From positions 303,679-367,678 of the forward strand of contig JADKIU010000007.1 in NCBI GenBank assembly GCA_016722565.1: a stretch of 64,000 nt of DNA. Direction: 5' to 3'. The stretch is from Bacteroidota bacterium. GTDB lineage: Bacteria; Bacteroidota; Bacteroidia; 2-12-FULL-35-15. Below the pieces are notes generated by a model that was not told the origin of the DNA, searched no databases, and worked only from the letters and a program-made list of their open reading frames with translations. A program made the translations under genes and the position numbers. This document shows positions 30,480-40,337 of the stretch, piece after piece (the stretch's first letter is position 1; every line of letters begins with the position of its first letter).

Positions 30480-32543
30480 ATGAAAAACACGAAAAATATT
30501 ATTGCCTTATTATTCCTGTTTGTGACTGTATCTACTTTTGCTCAAAGCAAAAGGGAATGGTTGGAATATGCTGATGCAGCTTACAAAAACGGAGATTATA
30601 AAACTGCTGTTACTTTCTATTTAAAAGTAGTAGACAAAGGAACAGCTGTAGATTATACACGCCCATACGAAGCAAAACCGTATACACCTCCTAAAAAAAT
30701 TAAAAAGGACAGCGCAAGTGTTCCAAAAGACACAACCGTTATTACTACTTCTGACCCTACCGAACAATATGCGATTCATCAAATTGCAGACAGCTATCGT
30801 TTAAACCACGATTATGCAAATGCTGAAATTTGGTTTAAAAAATCAGTAGACAATAAACCAACGGATTATCCTTACGAACGTTTTTGGTATGGTGATGCAT
30901 TGATGAAAAATCAACGTTATCCGGGTGCTGCGTATCAATTTGAGCAAGTGATGACCGAAGCAGAAGGAAAAGATTCTGCCATGTTCAAACAATCGAAATT
31001 AAAAATTGCTGGCTGTTATTTGGCAACAGATACTGCTAATAACAAAACAGGTGTTATCGTTACCAAAATAAAAGATTCGTTATTCAATTCCGGAACAGCT
31101 AGTTTCGCTGTGAACTATTATGGCGATGCAAACACCGTTCAGTTTACCACTGCACGTGACGGCAACACCGTTCTTGATCCAAAAAAACAAGATCCGAAAT
31201 ATGTTTGCGACATTTATACTTTAAAGAAAACAAATAGTGGCTGGACTGAATTAGCAAAAGTATCCGGACCGGCAAACACAGAAATGCACGAAGGTGCAGG
31301 ATTCCTTACCTTAGACAGAAGTAATTATTTCTTCACCCGTTGGTCAACCACCAACAAAAACGAATGTGCAATCTATCTTTCAAAAAACATGAACGATCGA
31401 TGGTTGGGTGCTGAAAAATTAAACGACAACGTAAACCTTGCAGGCTATAAAACCATGCATCCTTCTCTTTCTCCAGATGGAAGTATTTTATATTTCTCTT
31501 CCAACCGCCCGGGTGGTTTTGGGAAAATGGATTTATGGTATGTGAACCTAGATGATGATAGTCGTCCTGTTGGTTCACCAATCAACATGGGTCCTTTGTT
31601 TAATACATCAGAAGATGAGGTGACACCTTTCTTTCATTATTATACTTCAACCTTGTATTTCAGTTCTAACGGTCATCCTGGATTTGGTGGATTGGATATC
31701 TTCAAATCATCTTATAACAGCGATTCATTGTGGTCGGCTCCCAAAAATATGGGCGCACCTTTCAACTCTAGCAAGGAAGATTCCTACTTTGTTTTAGAGC
31801 GTAGTCAGCGTGCAGGCTTCTTAACATCCGACCGCGAAGAATGTAAAGATTGTACAGGTGGTGCTTGTTTAAAAATTTATTCCATTGAAAAAGATCCATT
31901 GGTATTTGATTTAAAAGGAACGGTTTACAATGCTGAAACGAATCAGGTGATTGCAAACTCCATGATTACATTAAAAGATATCCGTGGAGATAAAGAGCCA
32001 TTCTTCTTGTTTACTGATGCAGATGGTAATTATTTTACTGCATTAGACGAAGGAATGGAACTGTATCTAAAAGCACAGAAAAATAAATTCTTTGGTGATG
32101 CAGGAAACGTAACCACTTTGGGATTAACAGAATCTGCGCATTTAGTAAAAGATTTCTTCTTATCTCCAATTCCTTCAGGCGATATTGTGATTCCAGGAAT
32201 TGAGTACGATTTGGATAAAGCAACCTTACGTCCGGCTTCTAAAAAGATTTTGGATGACTTAGCTGACTTCTTGAACTTGAACAACAACTTAACGGTTGAG
32301 ATTAATTCACATACAGATGAGCGTGGTGGAGATGCATATAATATGCGATTATCACAGGAGCGAGCAAAATCCTGTGTCGACTACTTAATCTCGAAAGGTA
32401 TTGCTAAAGAACGATTGTTACCTCAAGGGTATGGAGAAACCAAATTGTTAATCCCTAAAGCAACTACTGAGGAAGAACACCAAAAGAACAGAAGAACTGC
32501 TTTCCGACCAATCAAAGAAGGAGATATCAGAACTACAAAATAA
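30480..32543 (+). CDS. OmpA-family protein with TPR-like and Tol-type beta-propeller regions
   Basis: Its start overlaps the sprF stop (TAGTTATG). The C-terminal OmpA_C region reads NSHTDERGGDAYNMRLSQERAKSCVDYL. Confidence 0.8.
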   Translation: MKNTKNIIALLFLFVTVSTFAQSKREWLEYADAAYKNGDYKTAVTFYLKVVDKGTAVDYTRPYEAKPYTPPKKIKKDSASVPKDTTVITTSDPTEQYAIHQIADSYRLNHDYANAEIWFKKSVDNKPTDYPYERFWYGDALMKNQRYPGAAYQFEQVMTEAEGKDSAMFKQSKLKIAGCYLATDTANNKTGVIVTKIKDSLFNSGTASFAVNYYGDANTVQFTTARDGNTVLDPKKQDPKYVCDIYTLKKTNSGWTELAKVSGPANTEMHEGAGFLTLDRSNYFFTRWSTTNKNECAIYLSKNMNDRWLGAEKLNDNVNLAGYKTMHPSLSPDGSILYFSSNRPGGFGKMDLWYVNLDDDSRPVGSPINMGPLFNTSEDEVTPFFHYYTSTLYFSSNGHPGFGGLDIFKSSYNSDSLWSAPKNMGAPFNSSKEDSYFVLERSQRAGFLTSDREECKDCTGGACLKIYSIEKDPLVFDLKGTVYNAETNQVIANSMITLKDIRGDKEPFFLFTDADGNYFTALDEGMELYLKAQKNKFFGDAGNVTTLGLTESAHLVKDFFLSPIPSGDIVIPGIEYDLDKATLRPASKKILDDLADFLNLNNNLTVEINSHTDERGGDAYNMRLSQERAKSCVDYLISKGIAKERLLPQGYGETKLLIPKATTEEEHQKNRRTAFRPIKEGDIRTTK

Positions 32544-32548
32544 AATCA

Positions 32549-32583
32549 AAAACCCAAACAGGAATGTTTGGGTTTTTTGTTTG
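32549..32583 (+). terminator. Rho-independent terminator
   Basis: Hairpin AACCCAAACA-ggaa-TGTTTGGGTT followed by TTTTTTGTTTG. Confidence 0.7.
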
Positions 32584-32593
32584 ATTCATTTTA

Positions 32594-32797
32594 TTATCCA
32601 AAAAGAACTTTAGTTCTATCGTTAATTATTTGATAACTCATGCTTGGTGCAAAGCGTTTCACACTTTTTTTCCGTCTTCTATGGTCGCGTCTGTTCCCAC
32701 AACCTGGCTTTGGCGCACAGCCATCTAAAAGAAAAATAGCAGACACGAGTAGTGCAACCATACTTAGTTTACTGAATCGAGGGAGTAGTGTATTCAT
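32594..32797 (-). CDS. small putative lipoprotein
   Basis: 67 aa with a signal peptide and a lipobox-like LLDGC. The call is weak. Confidence 0.3.
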   Translation of the reverse strand: MNTLLPRFSKLSMVALLVSAIFLLDGCAPKPGCGNRRDHRRRKKSVKRFAPSMSYQIINDRTKVLFG

Positions 32798-32821
32798 TTA
32801 GCAAATATGTTTAAGATATAA

Positions 32822-33283
32822 TTATTTAGGAGTACCTGGTGTAATATCACCAGGTGCTTTTGGCAACCAGCAACCTTCGTACTTAAATGTTAGTTTACTA
32901 TAATAGTCGCTGCTATAAAATCCAACTCTGTCCAAAGTAGCATCAATTTCCGACTGATCTAATCCTGCTGTTTCGCGCAAACTCAAAACATAAATCCAGT
33001 TTTCTTTTTTACACATCCAAGAGCCATACATCTTGTAGTTAATCTCCAAAAGATCCCATGCAAATTCATCTTTCTTTTTATCCGGTACTGCGCACAACGG
33101 GCTCATTACTTGTAAATAAAATTTTCCGGGAGTGGTTGAAAAATCAAATACATCAATCCAAACACTTGCATCTTTAATCTTAATGGACCATTGTCCGGGT
33201 TTTGCCCCGCGACTAGCCGCTACATCCAATTTTAATCCGGCTATACTGTTTTCTATCAGCTTTCCTGTCTCTTCTATGTTCAT
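32822..33283 (-). CDS. hypothetical protein, possibly YbjN-domain-like
   Basis: 153 aa, soluble. I judged it YbjN-like only from its size and composition, so this is low-confidence. Confidence 0.45.
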   Translation of the reverse strand: MNIEETGKLIENSIAGLKLDVAASRGAKPGQWSIKIKDASVWIDVFDFSTTPGKFYLQVMSPLCAVPDKKKDEFAWDLLEINYKMYGSWMCKKENWIYVLSLRETAGLDQSEIDATLDRVGFYSSDYYSKLTFKYEGCWLPKAPGDITPGTPK

Positions 33284-33386
33284 GTTATAAACCTTTTAAT
33301 TAAACGTATTAAAAATAGTAAATATTCTTGTTTGAAAAAATATTTTTTTGAGGATTTCGCTTCGGAAAAGGAAATCCTTTGAAGCC

Positions 33387-33469
33387 GTCATTGCGAGGAA
33401 CGAAGCAATCTCAGCCCATTGGTCACGCTAGTCTTCATCTTGAGAGATTGCTTCGTTCCTCGCAATGAC
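33387..33469. repeat. perfect 26-bp inverted repeat (hairpin) with a 31-nt loop in a divergent intergenic region
   Basis: GTCATTGCGAGGAACGAAGCAATCTC at 33387-33412 is the exact reverse complement of 33444-33469. Confidence 0.9.
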
Positions 33470-33611
33470 GCTGCGCAATCGGAGCAATCGCCCCTCTCTA
33501 TTGGAGAAGGGTTGGATGAGGTCAGAAACGACAAAAATAATTGAAAATAATTTTGGTTTATATTATAAACTAATTTACATTTGTCAAATATTTACATAAA
33601 TCAAGTCGTTT

Positions 33612-35771
33612 ATGAATCGTATTTTATTCACCTTTACATTGATTCTATTGAGTTTCCAAGGAGTATTGGCGCAAACCAAAGTTTCCGGCAAAATCCTCGA
33701 CCAGAAAAAACAACCCCTACCCGGAGTGAACGTTTTTATAAAAGACACCTATGATGGTGCCTCTACCGGTGCGGATGGAACCTTCTCCTTCACCGCGGCA
33801 GATACTGGAGACGTTATCATCGTTTGCAGCTTCATCGGTTTTGAACAAATTGAAAAAAAGATCAAACTCACAAGCATCGATTTCACATTTAACACCACCA
33901 TGAAGGAATCCTTAAACGAATTAAAAGTGGTGACCATCTCCGCAGGAACCATTGAAGCCAGCGATGAGAAAAAAACAACCGTATTAAAACCACTCGACAT
34001 TGTTACCACTGCCGGTGCGCAAGGAGATATTGTGGGAGCTTTAAAAACATTACCGGGTGCACAACAAGTGGGTGAGTCGGAAGGACTCTTTGTGAGAGGT
34101 GGTGACGGAAGTGAAACAAAAACCATCATCGATGGAATGGTCGTAAATAAACCATTCTTCAGCGCTGCTCCCGATATCGCCTCGCGTGGACGCTTTTCTC
34201 CTTTCTTATTTAAAGGAACAGTTTTTAGTACCGGTGGATATTCGGCTCAATACGGACAAGGAATGTCATCGGTATTAGCATTGGAAACACAAGATTTACC
34301 AGCACAAACATCCTCTACTCTTGCTATTTCATCCGTAGGTATTGGTGGAGGTTATAATAAATTATGGAAGGAAAAAAACATGAGTGTTGGATTTGATTTG
34401 AACTATGCCAACCTACTACCTTATTTTAAATTAGTCAAACAAACTCCCGAATATACCAGAGCGCCACAATTTTCCGGTGGCTCTCTGAACTTCCGTAAAA
34501 AAACTTCTACCACCGGAATGCTCAAATTTTACGGGTATTTTAACCTTTCGGATTTAGGAATTAAAACACTCAGCATCGATAGCACCAACGGATTCAAAAA
34601 TTTATTCGAATTAAATAACTCCGATGTATATACCAACCTTACCTATAAAGAACGTTTGGGTGAAAAGCTCTTAATGAACATTGGCGCATCTTACAGCACC
34701 AATGTGGATAACATACGCACCTGGACCGATTCCATCCGTTCACAAAGTGACATGACACAAGGACGAATTGTATTTAGCAGAGGCATCGGAAAATTATCCA
34801 TGCTCCGCATCGGTGCAGAATACCAATACACCTATGACGATGTAAAAATTGATGGTGCAGCATCAGGTTATGGATACCATATCCGAAATACAATTTATGA
34901 TAACTACTCTGCACAATTTGTAGAAGCAGATATTTACATTACACAAAAATTAGTGTGGCGTGCAGGTGCCCGTGGTGAGCATTCTACCTTAGAAAAAGAA
35001 TATGTAATTTCTCCGCGTACTTCTGTTGCATATAAAGTGGGAGAAAAAAGTCAGCTCTCATTGGCGTACGGACAGTTTTATCAAAAACCGGACAGAACCT
35101 ATTTGTTTTATCCGCAGATTCCCGGCTACAACAAAGCAACACATTACATCGCGAACATTCAGCGTGTGGATGATTTTCACACCTTGCGTGCCGAAATCTA
35201 TTATAAAAAATACGATAATCTTACCAACCTAAACGATTCAACCAATTCAGGATATGGGTATGCACAAGGATTAGATGTTTTTTGGAGAGATAAAAAAACC
35301 ATCAAAGGTGTAGATTATTGGATTTCGTATACCTATTTAGAAACAAAACGCAAATACCAAAACTATCCCAAAGAAGTGACACCACCATTTGCGGCAAAAC
35401 ATACAGCATCACTGGTATTCAAAAAGTTTTTTGAAAAATTAAACTTGAGCAGTGGATTCACCTACACCTATGCAAGCGGTCGACCATACTACAATCCAAA
35501 CAACCCGGAATTTATGAGTGACCGAACCATTGATTATCATTCATTGGGAATCAATGGCGCCTACTTGCGACAAATAAAAAATTGTTTTGCAGTGTTAGCA
35601 TTTTCAGTAACCAACACGATTGGCAATGAGCAAATTTTCGGATACCGCTACTCGTACGATGGAAAACAAAGTGCAGCAATAACGCCTCCTGCTAAACGCT
35701 TTTTCTTTGTAGGCTTATTTTTATCGTTTGGACAAAATCGTTCGAAAGAAGTAATCGATAATAACAATTAG
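33612..35771 (+). CDS. TonB-dependent outer-membrane receptor with an N-terminal carboxypeptidase-regulatory-like domain
   Basis: Signal peptide, then the CarboxypepD_reg-like VSGKILDQKKQPLPGVNVFIKDT, then plug and beta-barrel regions. 719 aa. Confidence 0.85.
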   Translation: MNRILFTFTLILLSFQGVLAQTKVSGKILDQKKQPLPGVNVFIKDTYDGASTGADGTFSFTAADTGDVIIVCSFIGFEQIEKKIKLTSIDFTFNTTMKESLNELKVVTISAGTIEASDEKKTTVLKPLDIVTTAGAQGDIVGALKTLPGAQQVGESEGLFVRGGDGSETKTIIDGMVVNKPFFSAAPDIASRGRFSPFLFKGTVFSTGGYSAQYGQGMSSVLALETQDLPAQTSSTLAISSVGIGGGYNKLWKEKNMSVGFDLNYANLLPYFKLVKQTPEYTRAPQFSGGSLNFRKKTSTTGMLKFYGYFNLSDLGIKTLSIDSTNGFKNLFELNNSDVYTNLTYKERLGEKLLMNIGASYSTNVDNIRTWTDSIRSQSDMTQGRIVFSRGIGKLSMLRIGAEYQYTYDDVKIDGAASGYGYHIRNTIYDNYSAQFVEADIYITQKLVWRAGARGEHSTLEKEYVISPRTSVAYKVGEKSQLSLAYGQFYQKPDRTYLFYPQIPGYNKATHYIANIQRVDDFHTLRAEIYYKKYDNLTNLNDSTNSGYGYAQGLDVFWRDKKTIKGVDYWISYTYLETKRKYQNYPKEVTPPFAAKHTASLVFKKFFEKLNLSSGFTYTYASGRPYYNPNNPEFMSDRTIDYHSLGINGAYLRQIKNCFAVLAFSVTNTIGNEQIFGYRYSYDGKQSAAITPPAKRFFFVGLFLSFGQNRSKEVIDNNN

Positions 35772-35872
35772 TACGGATAACAAATAAAATTAGAATACAC
35801 GCATATAAATTGAAAAAACATTTCAAAAGAAAATAGAAAAAATTAACAACAATTAAACAATCAGAAAACAAA

Positions 35873-36514
35873 ATGAAAAAGACCTTATCAATTCTAGCAC
35901 TATTAAGTGTAGCGATTTTTGCAGAAGCACAAAATCCGAAATACATTGCCGCGATGGAAAAAAACATTGCTGCATTAGACACCACACGTGATGGCGCAAA
36001 ATTGCAAAACTTGGCGAACAACTTCGAACGTATTGCCAGCGCTGAAAAATCAGAGTGGTTACCTAATTATTATACAGCGTATTGTTATGTAAACATGACT
36101 TACTCTACCAAAGGAAATGAGATTGATACCTTTTGCGACAGAGCAGAAAAATTCATCAAAGTTGCCGATTCAATCAGTCCGAATAACTCTGAAATCTACA
36201 CCCTCAAAGCACAAATCGCATCTGCACGCATCAGTGTAAATCCAATGTCACGCGGACAAAAATATGGAATGGAATCCGGTGAACTACGTGAAAAAGCGAA
36301 GGAATTAGACAAAACAAATCCACGTCCGTATTACTTAGAAGGAACTGCATACTTCTATACACCTCCGATGTTTGGTGGTGGAAAAGACAAAGCAAAACCT
36401 GTTTTTCAAAAAGCATTGGAAATGTATGAAACATTCAAACCAGCCAGCACCATCGCTCCAAACTGGGGAAAAAATTCTTGTACTTATTTCCTAAAAGAAT
36501 GCGATAAGAAATAA
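35873..36514 (+). CDS. hypothetical secreted protein
   Basis: 213 aa with a signal peptide (MKKTLSILALLSVAIFAEAQ). Confidence 0.55.
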   Translation: MKKTLSILALLSVAIFAEAQNPKYIAAMEKNIAALDTTRDGAKLQNLANNFERIASAEKSEWLPNYYTAYCYVNMTYSTKGNEIDTFCDRAEKFIKVADSISPNNSEIYTLKAQIASARISVNPMSRGQKYGMESGELREKAKELDKTNPRPYYLEGTAYFYTPPMFGGGKDKAKPVFQKALEMYETFKPASTIAPNWGKNSCTYFLKECDKK

Positions 36515-36584
36515 ATTCGAGTGTTGCAGATTTTTTGAATTATAGAATCAAAAAATCGAAATTCTAAAAATCAAAAATATAACC

Positions 36585-37160
36585 ATGGAAAACGAAGAAA
36601 AACAACTCACGCAGGAAGAAAGCCTAAAAATCATTCACGAAATGATTGCAGCTGCTAAAAATGATGTGAAAGCAGATGCATTCATCTTCCTGCTTTGGGG
36701 ATGGCTGGTATTTGTAGCAAGTATTGCACAATTTATTTTAGTCAACTTACACGTTTCCTGGAATTCTATACCATGGATGTTGATGCCGGTTGGAGGAATC
36801 ATCACCGCTGTATATTCGTTTATGAAAGGTAAAAAAGACCGAACAAAAACAAATGTAACAGAATCACTAAAATACACTTGGATTGCATTTACCGTTGCGC
36901 TCCTAATCATTCTGTTTTTTAACTCCATGAATTACTTGCAAGTATTACCCATCATAATGGCGTTGTATGGAATGGGATTGTTTCTTTCCGGTGGTGCGCT
37001 TCGATTTAAACCATTAATGATTGGTGGTATTTTTTGTTGGATATGTGCTGTTGCCGGTTTTGAAATCCAAAACATGTATCAGCTGCTGATTCTGGCAACT
37101 GCTGTATTGGGCGGTTACATTATTCCTGGCTACTTATTAAAAATGAACAATAAAAAATAG
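36585..37160 (+). CDS. hypothetical integral membrane protein
   Basis: 191 aa with four or five predicted transmembrane helices. Its stop is 1 nt before the start of the next gene. Confidence 0.6.
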   Translation: MENEEKQLTQEESLKIIHEMIAAAKNDVKADAFIFLLWGWLVFVASIAQFILVNLHVSWNSIPWMLMPVGGIITAVYSFMKGKKDRTKTNVTESLKYTWIAFTVALLIILFFNSMNYLQVLPIIMALYGMGLFLSGGALRFKPLMIGGIFCWICAVAGFEIQNMYQLLILATAVLGGYIIPGYLLKMNNKK

Positions 37161-37161
37161 A

Positions 37162-37449
37162 ATGTTTAAAGATCTCGACCCCTTATTACATTCACAACTG
37201 CGCTTATCCATCATGAGTTTATTGATTAGCGTGAAGGAAGCAGACTTTAGTTTTCTGAAAGAAAAAACGGGCGCGACTGCCGGTAATTTAAGTGTACAAA
37301 TCACCAAATTAGCCGAAGCAGAATACATTACTGTTAAAAAAACATTTAAAGATAATTATCCACAAACCAGTTGCATCATCACAAAAAAAGGAATCAAAGC
37401 ATTTGAAAACTATGTAGAATCCATTCAAGTCTATATTAAAAAGAATTAG
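37162..37449 (+). CDS. putative winged-helix transcriptional regulator
   Basis: 95 aa with wHTH-like composition (LRLSIMSLL...ATAGNLSVQITKLAEAEYI). It appears translationally coupled to the upstream membrane protein gene. Confidence 0.55.
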   Translation: MFKDLDPLLHSQLRLSIMSLLISVKEADFSFLKEKTGATAGNLSVQITKLAEAEYITVKKTFKDNYPQTSCIITKKGIKAFENYVESIQVYIKKN

Positions 37450-37491
37450 AAATTTTTAAAATAAAACGAATCACCAAACCACAAATCTAAC

Positions 37492-37782
37492 ATGGAAAAC
37501 AGAGACGAACACTTATGGCGTATCGCTAAAAAAAGAGCCGGTTTTAAAAAACATCTGGCTTCTTACATTATTGTAAACGGATTCCTCTGGGCGATGTGGT
37601 ATTTCACACAAGGTCATAGTGAATTTGCTGAAATGGAACACAACGACTTCCCTTGGCCAATTTGGTCCACCCTTGGATGGGGAATCGGTTTAGCATTTAA
37701 TTTCTTTAGCGCTTACATGAGTGATAAAGAAACAGATGTCATGAAAGAGTACCAAAAGTTAAAAGACAGAGAAGGCAGATAA
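37492..37782 (+). CDS. 2TM-domain protein
   Basis: 96 aa with two transmembrane helices. HLASYIIVNGFLWAMWYF resembles PF13239. Confidence 0.55.
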   Translation: MENRDEHLWRIAKKRAGFKKHLASYIIVNGFLWAMWYFTQGHSEFAEMEHNDFPWPIWSTLGWGIGLAFNFFSAYMSDKETDVMKEYQKLKDREGR

Positions 37783-37850
37783 TTGCGAATGAGAACTCTT
37801 TAAACAAGGAAGGTAGAAACGTGTACTCCTATGGAAATTAAAAAAACTCC

Positions 37851-40279
37851 TTAGAACGTCAACACATATTGCAATGCTGTTGTTCTCGGTGATTCAATTT
37901 TCATTGGACGTAGCGAATAATCTACATTAAACACATTGCTGCACACCAAGGACAACTTATGTTTTTTACTCGCCTGATAACTTAGTCGAGCATCAAACAC
38001 ATGATACCCACTATGTTTTTCCCAATAATTAATTGCTTTTAAGTCATCCACAAATGTTAGTGCTTGTGTTAACTCTTCCAAATCTTCAAAAGCTTTATCG
38101 ATGTTTTGCATTTTACTATAGTAACGATAACTAAAGCCAACACCAAATTTAAAAATTCTAAATTCAATATCACCTTTGACCAAATGTTTGAAACGATACT
38201 TTAGAATATTATCCGTAGTATCCATGCTACTATTTTTATAGGTCAATGGTTTTCCAGCACCGCCAAAAGCGCTGTCAACAGCATAGACATTATCAGGAGT
38301 CAAGGTTATAGGTTCTACATACGTATAACCTAACAAAGCAGTCACACCAAATTTTTTGTTTTTTTCATCAGAAGAAAACACCATCGACATATCTACTCCA
38401 CGCACTTGCGAATTTCCTGTATTTACAAATTTAAAACCCAACAAAGCGATAGAAGGCTGCCATTGCCCGAATAAATACTCAATTGTATTTTCATAGCGTT
38501 GATAGAAACCGGCAACATCTAAATATCCCATGATACCACCCAATTTAAATCCTTGCTTTAAACCTACTTCAAAATTATTGCTGGTCTCCGGTTTTAAATC
38601 CGGATTCGGAAACACTCCAAACAAACCGGCTTTCGTAGAAATATAACGCTCAGTAATTGTCGGATATCTAAACCCTTGTCCGTAAGATGCACGCACATAC
38701 GTTGCCTTTAACACTTGCAAGCTTGCACCTGCCCTGTATATTGGAGCAACTACACTATTAAAATTATTCATTTTAAAATACTCATATCGGAATCCACCGG
38801 AAATGTTTAAAATGTTCCAGAACTTTTTATCTATTTGCGCATACCCACTGGCATTTACAATTTTATTGTCGGGTGATCCACTCGAAACATACAGCTGCGC
38901 ATGTGAATTAGAAACACTTCCTACCACTCCACCCGTGAATGTAAAATCTAAATTTTTAAAAATACGTTGTAATTGGTATTCACCATAATACAGTGTCCCG
39001 GAATTCGATTGGTTATTTGTTATCTGATTATCGGAATGAAAAACACGGGTCACCAAACTATGGCTAATGCCATTCCCTTTATTGAACTTAAGAAACGGAT
39101 CAAGGTTAAACAGTTTTTGATTCTGCAAAAACACTGCTCCCGGATATCCTTTGTAAAGGCCCAACGAATCGTCACTCCATGCCAATACCATATTCGTTTT
39201 ATTCAACATCCCGTTTCCGTTGATACCATAACTCAACCCTGGAAATTTTTTGGAACGGTAACGCAAATTAAAATTTAATCGTCCACGGACTTCCTGCATA
39301 TCTTTGTTCGAAAATGTAGGAATTTCGCCAACAACACTTTGAGCAAATGCAGGCACTGGTCCTTGTGGTGGTGGTGGACCAATGTATCCTTGATCGATAT
39401 TAAAATTACCACCAATTACAAAATCAAAATTCTTTTTGATGATACGGGAGTGTAAAAAATTCAAGTTGGTAAATCCGGGAATGGATTCGTTGTACCAATT
39501 GGTCGCAGGCTTTTTGGGATAACTATAATTCCCAACAGAATAGTTTACAATTGTTTTAGGTGTGCTTCTTGGATAAGCTGAACGAACATTGATAACACCA
39601 CTTAATGCCGAAGAACCATATAAAACAGAAGAAGCGCCTTTGATAATTTCTATTTGTTCAATGTTTTCTACAGGAATATAACTCCACTCAGGACGACCGG
39701 CATCACCGCTTAACAAAGGAATTCCATCTACAACAATCGCAACGCGACTCCTACACCAAATGTAAAACCACTTCCTCCTCTAATTTGTGGATCATTATCA
39801 ATGATGGTCAATCCGGGAACTTGTTCCAATGCTGTTTCAACGGAAGTTGTGTTCTTATTATTAATTAAACTAGGCTTGATTACCTCCATCGATACAGTCA
39901 TCTCTTCCAATTTCTGATCGAACTTACCGGATGAAACAACAATCGTTTCTAAAAACTTTGTAACCGTTAATAAGGCAATGTTTTTTTCTGTAATTGCATT
40001 GGTTTGAATGTGAACAGAAAACGTATCATTTACCGAACCAATAAATACACAAAAAAGTTGATGGTATCCCGTATCCAACACCATCGAATAGTTTCCGTCA
40101 ATATCTGAAACGGTTCCTTTGGTCAAATTATTAACCAATCGAATGGTTGCACCGGGCAGGTATTCTTTCGAATTTGCATCGGAAATTTTCCCTTTTAAAA
40201 TTCCTGTTTCCTGAGCAGAAACAGAACCTAAAAAAAGAATTAGAGAGAATAATAAAGAAAGAAATTTATGATTTTGCAT
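37851..40279 (-). pseudogene. TonB-dependent receptor interrupted by a 1-nt deletion in the plug domain near 39741-39760. This is either a real pseudogene or a sequencing error.
   Basis: The N-terminal ORF (real start MQNHKF at 40279) ends ...QIRGGSGFTFGVGVALRLL*. The next frame reads SRVAIVVDGIPLLSGDAG..., which restores the canonical plug sequence GSRV..VDG.P.LSGDAG. The downstream ORF 37851..39716 starts at a TTG. Confidence 0.7.
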
Positions 40280-40337
40280 TTTAAAAAATAAAAAACCTTG
40301 ACAAAAAATGTCAAGGTTTTTTATAGAATAGCTTTTA

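Noticed and set aside
33284-33611. Cobalamin or TPP riboswitch upstream of the TonB-dependent receptor
   Set aside because: No B12 box (GCCACTG-like) and no TPP CUGAGA / ACCUGAUC-type core is visible. The dominant feature is a perfect DNA palindrome rather than a multi-helix aptamer.
33749-34129. Minus-strand ORF of 126 aa
   Set aside because: It is antisense within the TonB-dependent receptor gene.
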